This document shows, in pieces, positions 24,612 to 37,587 of a DNA stretch of 64,000 bases. A program made the position numbers and the translations under genes. This stretch comes from Dendrobates tinctorius (Eukaryota), in assembly GCF_039654945.1 (NCBI RefSeq), contig NW_027362260.1, positions 1-64,000 of the forward strand, given 5' to 3'. Position 1 is the first letter of the stretch. Each line of letters begins with the position of its first letter. Below the pieces are notes generated by a model. That model searched no databases and had not been told where the DNA came from. It was given only the letters and a program-made list of their open reading frames with translations.

Positions 24612-26823
24612 ACTACTACTGATTTTTAACCCTGCTCCACTTAGGCCTCTGGCTCCACTGTCTCTAGTATTTCCCCTGGCCTCCAACCCCACCAGTGACA
24701 GCTCTTAAGTGGCGTCTGCACAATCCACACTTGTTCCAGTGTTACTTGGCCTCAGTCATGTCAGTTGATCCCCTGATGTGTGTCCAGCAAGGTCTCCTGG
24801 TCTGTCCACATTCCCATTACTAGTAGTGTGAATGAGGACAGAGCAGGAGACCTTGCCGGACACACATCAGGCGATCAACTGACATGACTGAGCCCAAGTA
24901 ACACAGGAACAAGTGTGGATTGTGCTGACGCCACTTCAGAGCTGTCTCTGGCGGGGTTGGAGGCCAGGGGAAATACTAGAGACAGTGGAGCCTGAGGCCT
25001 AAGTGGAACACGGTTACAATCAGTAGTAGTCTACAACCTCTATAAAACGTGCTGCAAGTTGGCCTCAGCCTGCTCCATGCCTCATCCTGGGCTCCAACAA
25101 CGCCAGTTGGTGTTCAGATGTGCCATCTTCGCAGAGAAAAACACACTCGCTACTGTGTCTGTGGGGTTCAGTAATGCCAGCTGTTCCCCTGCTGTGTAGA
25201 CGACAAAGTCTAGTGCTGCCTCCACATGCCAACAACATCAGGCCTGAGCCTGCTCCATGCCTCATCCTGGGCTCCAACAACGCCAGTTGGTGCTCAGAAG
25301 TGTCGTCTTCGCAGAGAAACACACACTAGCTCATGTGTTAGTGGGGTTCAGTAATGCCAGCTGTTCCCCTGCTGTGTAGACGGCAAAGTCTCCTGCTCCA
25401 TCCACATGCCAAGAACATCAGGCCTCAGCCTGCTCCATGCCTCAACCTGGGCTCCAACACCGCTAGTTGGTGTTCAGAAGTGCTGTCTTCACAGAGCAAA
25501 ACACACACTAGCTCCTGTGTTAGTGGGGTTCAGTAACGTCAGCTGTTCCCCTGCTGTGTGGACGGCAATGTCTCCTGCTGCCTCCACATGCCAAAACAAT
25601 CAGGCCTCAGCCTGCTCCATGCTTCATCCTGTGCTCCAACAACGCCAGTTGGTGTTCAGAAGTGCCGTCTTCGCAGAGAAAAACACACTCGCTACTGTGT
25701 CTGTGGGGTTCAGTAATGCCAGCTGTTCCCCTGCTGTGTAGATGGCAAAGTCTCCTGCTCCATCCACATGCAAACTACTACAGATTTGTAACTGTGCTCC
25801 ACTTAGGCCTCTGGCTCCACTGTGTCTAGTTTTTCCCCTGGCCAACAACCCCGCCAGTTCCTGCTCTGAAGTGGCGTCTGCACAATCCACACTTGTTCCT
25901 GAGACACGTCAGTTGATTCCCTGTTGTGTGTCCGGCAAGTTCTCCTGCTCTGTCCACATTCCCATTACTAGTAGTGTGAATGAGGACTGAGCAGGAGACC
26001 TTGCCAGACACACATCAGGGGATCAACTGACGTGACTGAGCCACAGTTACACAGGAACAAGTGTGGATTGTGCAGACTCCACTTCAGAGCAGGAACTGGC
26101 GGGGTTGGAGGCCAGGGGAAATACTAGAGACAGTGGAGCCGGAGGCCATAGTGGAGCACGGTTACAATCAGTAGTAGTCTACAACCTGTATAAAACCAGC
26201 TGCAAGTTGGCCTCCGCCTGCTGCATGCTTCATCCTGGGCTACACAACAGCCAGTTGTAGCCTGGAAGTGCCGTCCACACAGATTGAAACACTCGCTCCT
26301 GTGTCTGTGGGGTTCTGTAACGCCAGCTGTTCCCCTGCTGTGTGGATGGCAAAGTCTCCTGCTGCCTCCAAACTCACACTACATCGTATTTTCTCCTCGC
26401 TCCAAGTAGGCCTCAGCCTGCTCGGAGCATTGATCCTGGGCTACAACACAGCCAGTTGTAGCCTGGAAGTGCCGTCCGCACAGATTGAAACACTCGCTCC
26501 GGTGTCTGTGGGGTTCAGTAACGCCAGCTGTCCCCTTGCTGTGTGGATGGCAAAGTCTCCTGCTGCCTCCAAACTCACACTTCTAGTGATTTTTAACCGT
26601 GCTCCACTTAGGCCTCTGGCTCTACTGTCTCTATTATTTCCCTTGGCCTCCAACCACACCAGACGCTGCTCTGAAGTGGCGTCTGCACAATCCACTCTTG
26701 TTCCTGTGTTACTGTGGCTCAGGCACATCAGTTGATCCACTGATGTGTGTCCGGCAATGTCTCCCGCTTTGTCCACATTCCCATTACTAGTAGTGGGAAT
26801 GTGGACAGAGCAGGAGACCTTGC
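24612..26823. repeat. Array of long hairpins (24612-25030, 25775-26180, partial 26580-26823) alternating with about 180-bp tandem units
   Basis: Arms of about 200 bp around an ACTAGT centre (CACATTCCCATTACTAGTAGTGTGAATG). Confidence 0.85.
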
Positions 26824-27009
26824 CTGTCGTGTTGCGGTCGGGTTAGCCGAGTCTATGGTGACTGCAGTTGTGGTGCTTCCTAGGTGGGCTGCTTGTTCTG
26901 GTAATAAAGGCTGGTTCCGTAGTGCCAATAGGACAAGCACCCCCTGTAGGACTGTGGGTTTTGGTAACTGCGGCCGGCTCACGGCCTTGCAACTTAGTTT
27001 TTTTCCTGG

Positions 27010-27900
27010 GTACCTTCTGCTACCCATCCAGGTTCCAGCACCGTCAGATGGTTCTCGGCAGAGCCTTTGGCCTAGGTGCCTCCTTCTCGGTATCCGAGTT
27101 CCAGCAACGTCTGCTGTTCCTTGGTAGTGCTTTTTAGCACATGTACCTCCTGCTTAGAAACAGTGTTCCAGCACCGTCAGCTGGTCCACGGTTGTCCCAT
27201 TGGCTCTTGTTCCTTCTGCTGCCCCTCCGGGTTCCAGCACCGTCAGCTGGTCCTCGCTAGTGTCATTTGCTCTTGCAGCTTCTGCTACCCATCCGGGTTC
27301 CAGCACCGTCAGCTTGTTCTCGGCAGAGCCTTTGGCCTAGGTGCCTCCTTCTCGGTATCTGAGTTCCAGCAACGTCAGCTGGTTCTCGGCAGTGCCTTTG
27401 GCCTAGGTGCCACCTTCTTGGTATCCGAGTTCCAGCAACGTCTGCTGGTCCTTGGTAGTGCTTTGGAGCACAGGTACCTCCTGCTTAGTAACCGTGTTCC
27501 AGCACCGTCAGCTGGTCCACGGTTGTGCCATTGGCTCTTTTTCCTTCTGCTGCTCCTCTGGGTTTCAGTACCGTCAGCTGGTTCTCGGCAGAACCTTTGG
27601 CCTAGGTGCCTCCTTATCGGTATCCGAGTTCCAGCAACGTCTGCTGTTCCTTGGTAGTGCTTTTTAGCACAGGTACCTTCTGCTTAGAAACCGTGTTCCA
27701 GCACCATCAGCTGGTCCACGGTTGTGCCATTGGCTTTTGTTCCTTCTGCTGCCACTCTGGGTTCCAGCACCGTCAGCTGGTTCTCGGTAGTGCCATAGAG
27801 TATTGTAGCTTCTGCTACCCATTCAGGTTCCAGCACCATCAGCTGGTTCTCGACAGTGTCTTTGGCACGGGTACTCCTTCCTGCCCAGCCTGGTTCCAGC
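27010..27900 (+). repeat. Degenerate repeat of about 60 bp with core GTTCCAGCACCGTCAGCTGGT
   Basis: The core recurs about 14 times with higher-order duplication. Confidence 0.85.
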
Positions 27901-28220
27901 ATGCCTGCTGTTTCCGGGTAGTGTCAACGTCACTTTGCCACCAACACGTTGTCCTGTCGTGTTGCGGTCGGGTTAGCCGAGTCTATGGTGCCTGCAGTTT
28001 TGGTGCTTCCTATGTGGGCTGCGGGTTCTGGTAATAAAGTTGGTTCCATAGTGACAATAGGACAAGCACCCCCTGTAGGACTGTGGGTTTCGGAAACTGC
28101 GTCCTGCTCGCGGCATTGCAACTTTGTTGATCATGGGTACCTTCTGCTACCCATCCGGGTTCCAGCACCGTCAACTGGTTGTGCACCGCTGTAAGGTGTG
28201 AAAAAATGCACGCTCAGTAC

Positions 28221-28817
28221 CTCACCAGGACAAAAAAAAAAATTGGGATTGCTTTTAAAAAAGCAGTTTGCAGAGCAGTGGGTAAACAGCAATGCAGCCG
28301 TGAGGAAGCCTTAGAAGGCAGCCTAACAACCAACACCACTGATCCAGCAAAATATAGCCTCCACTTGCACTGCACACACAGTGACTGGTGTGTTGTACAG
28401 GCAAAATCGCTAGCAGCAGAAGCAGTTTTTTTTTCTTCTTCCCTGCCTAACGCTCTCCCTATAAAATCATCATCAGCAGCAGCTCTCCCTATTCTGAGAT
28501 CAGCATGAGTAATATGGCGGTTGGCGTGCACGCCCTTTTATACCCCCTGTGACGCCCCACAAAGCAAGCCAATCACTTGCATGCCCTTCTCAAAGATGGT
28601 GGTGACCCCTGCCTATGTCATCATGTTGCCCACAGTGTCCGTGGATCCTGATTGGCTGAAAAAGAGAGCAAAACAAACTTTTGAAACGCGACTTTGGCGC
28701 TTAAGTCGCCGAGCTCGTTGCCGACCTCATCCTAGGGTCGGGTTTCGTTTCATGAAACCCGACTTTGCCAAAAGTCGGCGACTTTTGAAATTTTTTGACC
28801 CGTTTCGCTCAACTCTA
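28221..28817 (-). mobile_element. hAT left end (diverged subfamily) inserted in Ly6 copy 1
   Basis: Ends CGCTCAACTCTA followed by GTCAGGAG, the TSD of the 49802-58481 element; homologous to 57780-58481. Confidence 0.9.
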
Positions 28818-28995
28818 GTCAGGAGGGATCCCAGCGCCAGGATGGTGGCGGCAGAGCTGGCCTTGACGCTGGCGCCGCCGTTACACAGGTCGGTGGTGCA
28901 GCAGGAGGTGGAAGTAGAAGCCCCGGAAATACCGCTGCTGCTCGGTGTGCAAGACAATGCACACGACTTAGTGATGGAAGTAACCGAGATCGCAC
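28727..28995 (-). CDS. Ly6/uPAR gene copy 1, last exon, reading into the hAT terminus
   Basis: Acceptor TTTTCTCCGCTGTAG; (G)AISVTSITKSCALSCTPSSSGISGASTSTSCCTTDLCN-GGASVKASSAATILALGSLLT plus a 29-aa hAT-derived tail. Confidence 0.85.
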
Positions 28996-29479
28996 CTACA
29001 GCGGAGAAAAGCAAATCTGATGAGCTGACCGGGATGGGAAGGGTTAAAAGCTGCTCGCAACAAGAATGTGGTTTATCCTCAGTACAAGTCACCGGCAGAA
29101 GGCTGCGTGCGGTACCTGGCACCGGTGTACACAGAGGACTAGGGGGCAACCTCTACCTCTAGGAGAAAGAAGCTTTCATCTTCATCACAGATGAGATTCT
29201 TTATGGCACCAGCAATGTGACTATGGATTCCTTACTGTACAAGCAAAGACACGATGGATTCTTCACTGTATGAACAGGAACTCTGCTGATTATTTACTGT
29301 ACAAGCAGTGAGCCTCTGGATTCTTTACTGTAAGAGCAGGGTGACTGTAGACGTTTCTGCTGTAACATGTTATAACCAGGTGATATAAAATGGTTACACA
29401 TGTACAGTCAGTGTAGACCGGTGCTGGCTGGAGCTGAATGTACGGGACTACGACCAGAAAACCAAAATGCTGAGCTCAC

Positions 29480-29599
29480 CGACTCCGGCTGATGCCTCCA
29501 CCGTCCGACAATATGTTTCTCCATTCGTGCAGTTTGCCGCAGTCTGACAATTGGAGCTGGAACTTGCTGCTGTGCAGACGTAGCATTTCAGAGAGTAAG
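29480..29599 (-). CDS. Ly6/uPAR gene copy 1, internal exon (first half of the LU domain); signal-peptide exon not found
   Basis: CAG|...|GTGAG phase-1 exon of 120 bp: AYSLKCYVCTAASSSSNCQTAANCTNGETYCRTVEASAGV. With the next exon it gives all 10 LU cysteines; LY6E-like. Confidence 0.88.
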
Positions 29600-29859
29600 C
29601 TGCGGGCAGAAGGGGAAACATTACAGCGGACGTACATCACCTCCCAGTGTAGGCACAGAGGAGCGGCCTCCCTAGCAGCTGCTCCCGGCATCTACGTGGG
29701 CTCACCTATAGACATCTATACCTCTGCAAATCTAGCATGGAGGGCAGAGACAGTAACAGTGATCCACAGGCTCCACGGAGCACAGGACAACTCTGCCTAC
29801 AGCTCCAATGGGAGAGTGCAGGTTATACAAGGGGCTTATGATGTTCGCTCCCCTCTCTG

Positions 29860-30437
29860 GGTGTACCTAATCCTATCCTGTGTGATACTGACTGCTGAGC
29901 TGTGTATCTAATCCTCTCTTGTGTGATACTGTCTGCTGAGCTGTGTATCTAATCCTATCCTTTGTGATACTGACTGCTGAGCAGTGTATCTAATCCTATC
30001 CAGTGTGATACTGACTGCTGAGCAGTGTATCTAATCCTCTCTTGTGTGATACTGTCTGCTGAGCTGTGTATCTAATCCTCTCCTGTGTGATACTGACTGC
30101 TGAGCAGTGTATCTAATCCTCTCTTGTGTGATACTGTCTGCTGAGCTGTGTATCTAATCCTCTCCTGTGTGATACTGTCTGCTGAGCCGTGTATCTAATC
30201 CTATCCTGTGTGATACTGATTGCTGAGCTGTGTATCTAATCCTACTGTGTGCTGAGCCGTGCATCTAATCCTATCCTGTGTGATACTGACTGCTGAGCTG
30301 TGTATCTAATCCTACTGTGTGCTGAGCCGTGCATCTAATCCTATCCTGTGTGATACTGACTGCTGAGCAGTGTATCTAATCCTACTGTGTGCTGAGCCGT
30401 GCATCTAATCCTATCCTGTGTGATACTGACTGCTGAG
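29860..30437. repeat. 41-bp minisatellite (Ly6 intron)
   Basis: TAATCCTCTCCTGTGTGATACTGACTGCTGAGCTGTGTATC repeats. Confidence 0.95.
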
Positions 30438-33103
30438 TAGTGTTGAGTAGAGTTGAGCGACTTTTGCTTTTTTAGGGTCGAGTTTCTTTTCATGAAACCC
30501 GACTTTTCCAAAAGTCGGGTCGAGCAAAATCGGCTGACTATAGGGAAAAGTCAGTGTCCGACCGAAACACGAAACCCAATGTAAGTCAATGGGGAATTAA
30601 AGTCGGCAGTGAGAGGAGGACAGGAAACACACCTACAGTGCCCATTTGAATGCCAAATGCATCAATTCTTCTTACTTAAGCTTGTCAACCTTAATTTACT
30701 TCATAATACAAGTTATGCACTGAAAAATGGGGGTTATTTGGCTAAAGTTGTGGGGGGGTAGGGCTGGCTCCAGGTTTTCATGTGCCCTGGGTGAAAGAGC
30801 CCCCCTTTAAAACATACCACAACTCATCATGCTCCGATACGGCAGAGAAATAGTATAGTACAATGAAAAATACTTCACTTTTTACATCTCATGACGAGGC
30901 CCATCTATTTCTCCATACAGAATCATTGGTCCCATATAATGTTTGAAACAGTATATGATGAGCTCCACATAATGCTACAGTATATGTTGGTCCCCATGGA
31001 TGAAGCTCCACTGTCTTATGGGCCCAAATAACGCTTCATATATAATGGGCCCCATTTCTAATGCTCTAGTGTATAATGGGCCCTGTAAATGCTGCTCCAG
31101 TGTCTGATGTCCACCTTTGGAATGTTCCAGTGTATGGTGGGCCCCATCTATCATTCTCCAGAGTATAGTGCTCCCCAAAAATTGCTGTCCCAACATAGAA
31201 AACAATCAAATAAGTCTCCTCGCTAGGGAATCCCTGTACTAGTCTGGACTCCTCGTCGTCCCCATCTTCCATCTCACTGCACAGTATTTCAACCTTGCAA
31301 GTGCTGTGATCCTGGGCAAGCAGGGGGGGCCCACTCATTGGCGACGGCACTGGCACAGGGCCCCTGATAGTACGGTGGTGTGTCTGACGGCGGGTGGGAC
31401 GAACCTGCACTTTCATCTGCAGCTTCCTCTTTGTCACCGTGTAAGATGGAACTGTATATGGGAAGGGTAACCCGAGTTTCATCAGGGTCAGATTCAGGCC
31501 GTGTAGTGTGCGAGGGCAATGTAGTGGTCTGGGTCAATGTACCAGCAGATTCATCGAGCAGTGGCTGGGCATCAGTGCACTTGTGTCGCCCCCAGGAGTA
31601 CGGTCGCCACAGTGGCATTACCTTCCTCCTAGGGAGTGTGATGTCATGCTTGGGAGCAACGAAGGATCTCTCTAGCAGGTTAACTGATTGGGCGGCGTTA
31701 TTCCCACGAGTCACGACCCTCCAAACAGCGTTCATGAAGGCAAAGTGTTTGTTTTACGTGGGCAGTATGGTTGCAAAGCTGAACTTTAAAGGAATGTCCA
31801 GAAGGGCACCACCAGGAGTGGAGCCTACGGTTAAATTCGACTCCACCTGGGAAACCTCAACCATGCCAGCTACAGAAAGATGCACACATTGCAAGCTTAA
31901 TTCCGTTAACGAACAAGACTCCGTCATGCCCCGCGGTCCGAGTCCGGCTTACTAGAGGGACACGCGAGGCTCTGGCACATGAGATTGGCCAATAACTGGT
32001 GTGTCATGCCCTTACATGTCCGTGGCTGCATGTGCGCTACACTGAAAAGGCCAGCGTTTGTCGCTTACAGGTGCAGATAACCCGCTGAACAACGTTAGTA
32101 ATGGGGATCTATGATTACTATTATTACCCGCGAACGATGATTTCCCAGTAAGTGCAGGTCAACCGCAGTTCCGGAATTAGGCCTAACCGTCATTCCTGAA
32201 AAAATGAAAAACTTACGTGTGCAAACCACAGGTGCTGTAGCTTGCTTAACAGCTCGCCAGCCGTTCTCACGCCCAGTATGGATTACACGTGATTGCACAA
32301 AGGTGAGAAAGGGTACCGTATCCCAGGATAACATGTATGGATAGCGTACACATTCAAAATATATGTCAATACATCAGGAGGCAAGCTCAGACGGTGTCAG
32401 GCCCAGTATGGATTACACGTGATTGCACAAAGGTGAGAAAGGGTACTGTATCCCCGGATAACATGTATGGAAAGCATAGTGTACACATTCAAAATATATG
32501 TCTATAGATCAGGAGGCAGGCTCAGATGGTGTCAGGCCCAGTATGGATTACATGTGATTGCACAGAGGTGAGAAAGGGTACCGTATCCCCGGTTAACACG
32601 TATGGATAGCATAGTGTACACATTCAAAATATATGTCTATACATCAGGAGGCAGGCTCAGACGGTGTCAGGCACAGTATGGATTTGACGGCCCAGACTAC
32701 ACAGCGGAGGAGCAGGGAGAGGTAAAGATTGCAAATGCTGGGGCCCTGCCCAAGCAAGGAGGGCCCACTTGTGGGCATCGGTACTGGCACTGGGCCCCTC
32801 ATAGTACGGCGGTGTCTGACGGCGGGTGTGCACCACCACCGTCAGAGACACTTGATTGCACTATGAGGGACCCTGTGCCAGTGCCCGCGCCCAAGAGTCG
32901 GCCTACCCACCTGTCCAGGGCAACGGCACTCGCACGGTTTCGTGCGCTATGTGGTGACCCCGGCCATGGGGGGGGGGAGGCAGCACAGTTAGGGAGTTTT
33001 AGAAAGTGGCATATGTTGATGTTGGACATTCAGCTGATGCAAAAGGCGAAATTGTTCAAGTCCCAGGAAGAGGAGGACCAAAGCGAGCCATTTTTCTGGC
33101 AAC

Positions 33104-33447
33104 CTATGTGTCATCATGGGAAGGTGGGACAAAATCCTTGGAAACCCATGCATGGTTCATTTTAATGAAGGTTAGATCATCCACATTTTGGGTTGACAGA
33201 CGGGTCCTTTTTTCTGTCAGGATTGATCCAGCTGCACTGAAGACTCTTTCCGATAGCACACATGCAGCTGGGCAAGCGAGCTCCTGTAAGGCATATTGGG
33301 CCAATTCAGGCCAGGTGTCCAGTTTAGCGGCCCAATAGTCAAAGGGGAATGACCTGTGCGGGAGAACATCGATATGGGAGGAAAAGTAGTTTGTAACCAT
33401 AGTTGACAAATGCTGTCGCCTGTCACTTTCCATCGATGCAGTATTAC
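33104..33447 (-). pseudogene. Transposase C-terminal fragment (continues at 36360-36484 beyond the MITE)
   Basis: ...FPFDYWAAKLDTWPELAQYALQELACPAACVLSERVFS...; the ORF-track N-terminus is MITE sequence. Confidence 0.9.
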
Positions 33448-33956
33448 TAGTGTTGAGCATTCCGATACCGCAAGTATCGGGTATCGGCCGATACTTGCTG
33501 TATCGGAATTCCGATACCGACTTCCGATATTTTTTCAATATCGGAATTCGGCATCGGAATCGGAAGTTCAGTTGATTGACGGCCTGACGTCATCATGATG
33601 CGCGGTGTGTGCGCATCATGATGCGCCGTGATTTCGGGCCTTCCGGGGGTCTCTGCCGGCCTGCCGGGGGGCTGTGCCGGCCTGCCGGGGGGCTGTGTGG
33701 ACTGCCCGGGGTCTCTGCCGGCCTGCCGGGGGGCTGTGCCGGCCTGCCGGGGGGCTGTGCACCCTGTGGGGGTCTGTACCGGCCTGCCGGGGGGCTGTGC
33801 CGGCCTGCCGGGGGGCTGTGCTGATGTCCGGGGGTCTGTGCAAGCATCGTCCGATGGGACTACAAGTCCCATCGGGCGATGCCTGCTACCATGACAGTGA
33901 TTGACACATTAGCCAATGATGGGACAGTAGTAGTCCCATCATCCGGCTAATGTGTT

Positions 33957-33993
<37 letters not shown>

Positions 33994-33996
<3 letters not shown>

Positions 33997-34350
33997 TACA
34001 TACATACTACATGCTACATACATACTACATATATACTACATACATACTACATACATACTACATGCATGCTACATACATACTACATATATACTACATACAT
34101 ACTACATGCTACATACATACTACATACATACTACATACATACTACATGCATGCTACATATATACTACATGCTACATACATACCACATACATACTACATGC
34201 ATGCTACATACATACTACATGCATGCTACATACATACTACATACATACTACATGCATGCTACATACATACTACATGCTACATACATACCACATATATACT
34301 ACATACATACAATACATTCATACAATACATACATAGACATACAGTACATA
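33994..34350 (+). repeat. Compound (TACA/TAC/TGC)n simple repeat, left arm of the foldback MITE
   Basis: CATACTACATGCATGCTACATA-type units. Confidence 0.95.
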
Positions 34351-34944
34351 TAACATAGAGTAACATACTTACCAATACTTGTCACATTGTTCCCCGAAGC
34401 CATTGTCTTTCCGGAATAAATATTAACATAACAAACCACAAAAATACTCACCCACGATCCGAAGCAGTCCACGAGTGTGTCCCACGACGATCTTGGGTAG
34501 AGAACTGCAGCATCAGATGATGCTGCCGTTCCCTACGGGCTGCAGGAATCCAATGACGGAAGGTAGGTATCCTTCCGCACTGTATTCCTCCGCCACTTAA
34601 AAAAAAAAAAGTCCCTAGTCTCACTTTATGCCATTGCTGTGTGGGAAATTCCCACACAGCAATGGCATAAAGTGAGACTAGGGACTTTTTTTTTTTTTAA
34701 GTGGCGGAGGAATACAGTGCGGAAGGATACCTACCTTCCGTCATTGGATTCCTGCAGCCCGTAGAGAACGGCAGCATCAGCTGATGCTGCAGTTCTCTAC
34801 CCAAGATCGTCGTGGGACACACTCGTGGACTGCTTCGGATCGTGGGTGAGTATTTTTGTGGTTTGTTATGTTAATATTTATTCCGTAGACGACAATGGCT
34901 TCGGGGAACAATGTGACAAGTATTGGTAAGTATGTTACTCTATG

Positions 34945-35720
34945 TTATATGTACTGTATGTATTGTATGAATGTATTGTATGTATGTAGTATATATGTGG
35001 TATGTATGTAGCATGTAGTATGTATGTAGCATGCATGTAGCATGTAGTATGTATGTAGCATGCATGTAGTATATATGTAGTATGTATGTAGCATGCATGT
35101 AGTATATATGTAGCATGCATGTAGTATGTATGTGGTATGTATGTAGTATATATGTAGTATGTATGTAGTATATATGTAGCATGTATGTAGTATGTATGTA
35201 GCATGCATGTAGCATGTAGTATGTATGTAGCATGCATGTAGTATATATGTAGTATGTATGTAGCATGCATGTAGTATATATGTAGTATGTATGTAGTATA
35301 TATGTAGCATGTATGTAGTATATATGTAGCATGCATGTAGCATGTAGTATGTATGTAGCATGCATGTAGTATATATGTAGTATGTATGTAGCATGCATGT
35401 AGTATATATGTAGCATGCATGTAGTATATATGTAGTATGTATGTAGTATATATGTAGCATGTATGTAGTATGTATGTAGCATGCATGTAGCATGTAGTAT
35501 GTATGTAGCATGCATGTAGCATGTAGTATGTATGTAGCATGCATGTAGTATATATGTAGTATGTATCATGTAGTATGTATGTAGCATGCATGTAGTATAT
35601 ATGTAGCATGCATGTAGTATATATGTAGTATGTATGTTGCATGTAGTATGAATGTAGCATGTATGTAGTATGTAGTATGAATGTAGCATGTATGTAGTAT
35701 GTAGTATGAATGTAGCATGT
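34945..35720 (-). repeat. Inverted, longer copy of the same compound simple repeat, right arm
   Basis: TATGTAGCATGCATGTAGTATG-type units. Confidence 0.95.
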
Positions 35721-36370
35721 AATTTTTTTTTTTTTTTTTACATTTAACACATTAGCCGGATGATGGGACTACTACTGTCCCATCATTGGCTAATGTGTCA
35801 ATCACTGTCATGGTAGCAGGCATCGCCAGATGGGACTTGTAGTCCCATCGGACGATGCCTGCACAGACCCCCGGAGCCTGCACAGACCACCGGCAGGCCG
35901 GCACAGCCCCCCGGCAGGCCGGCACAGCCCCCCGGCAGGCCGGCACAGCCCCCCGGCAGGCCGGCACAGCCCCCCGGAGCCTGCACAGACCACCGGCAGG
36001 CCGGCACAGACCACCGGAGCCTGCACAGACCCCCTGGCAGGCCGGCACAGCCCCCCGGCAGGCCGGCACAGCCCCCCGGAGCCTGCACAGACCACCGGCA
36101 GGCCGGCACAGACCACCGGAGCCTGCACAGACCCCCTGGCAGGCCGGCACAGCCCCCCGAAAGGCCCGTACAGACCCCAGAGAGGCTGTACAAGGGCAGG
36201 AAAGGGTTTTTCTTATTCCGATACCGGAAGTCCCATAGACTTGAATGGGACTTCCGGTATCGGAATCGGCGATACCGATACTTTTTTTAAAGATCGGCCG
36301 ATACCATCCGATACGATACTTTGAAGTATCGGATGGTATCGCTCAACTCTAAGTATTACCAGTTGTGTGA

Positions 36371-36646
<276 letters not shown>

Positions 36647-36676
36647 TGCGTCTCCGCTCCATCCTCACCCCCCAAA

Positions 36677-36692
36677 GGCTCTTATCAGAGCC
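36677..36692 (+). terminator. Histone stem-loop of the truncated H4
   Basis: CCAAA-GGCTCTTATCAGAGCC-GCCCA...GAAAAAGCTATG. Confidence 0.93.
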
Positions 36693-37128
36693 GCCCACAT
36701 CTACTTAGAAAAAGCTATGATCTCCGCTGTGTGATGTGGCCAGGGAGGGAGATTGCGGGTATTTTGCTGTGTTTTCAGCGGTTAAAACAGTTGGGTTACC
36801 TGGATATACAGCGCTATATGGGTCAGGAATTACTGTATGGATGAAATATCGAGCTTTATAGAGGTTACATCACAGTATATACATTCACCACACTCTGAGG
36901 GTACACACACCTTACCCCTCTCCCTATATTAACGTTGGTTATATTATAGACGCCGCATGTTTTACAATGGATGAGAATAGAGAAACGTGAGATTTCAGTT
37001 ATCGCTCAGCAATCGTGATATCAGAAACCGCAGCCACCATCTATTCTGAGAGAGTGCGATCCGTATATGGAGAACACGCACATAAACCGGACAGTTCAGG
37101 ACTCGGCTCGTTTTTGGAAAGATTTGGT

Positions 37129-37144
37129 GGCTCTGAAAAGAGCC
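37129..37144 (-). terminator. Histone stem-loop (H3)
   Basis: CAAA-GGCTCTTTTCAGAGCC-ACCA. Confidence 0.95.
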
Positions 37145-37173
37145 TTTGTGTTGTGGTTGGAGCCCGGGAAGAT

Positions 37174-37587
<414 letters not shown>

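Larger units (their letters stand above)
33448..36351. mobile_element. 2.9-kb foldback non-autonomous hAT (MITE)
   Basis: TAGTGTTGAGC...GCTCAACTCTA with perfect 8-bp TSD AGTATTAC (33440-33447 / 36352-36359); internal palindrome centred on GTGGGAAATTCCCAC near 34648. Confidence 0.95.

Noticed and set aside
27076-28034. Cys-rich repetitive ORFs (FQHRQLV...)
   Set aside because: Translations of the 60-bp transposon-internal repeat with frame switches and stops.
28996-29149. MPPSPLCTPVPG... N-terminal part of the 140-aa ORFs (also 58660-58813)
   Set aside because: Intronic read-through upstream of the splice acceptor; the true upstream coding sequence is the 120-bp exon.
33952-35750. Long Tyr/His/Thr/Ile-rich ORFs
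   Set aside because: Simple-repeat translations open in several frames inside a MITE.
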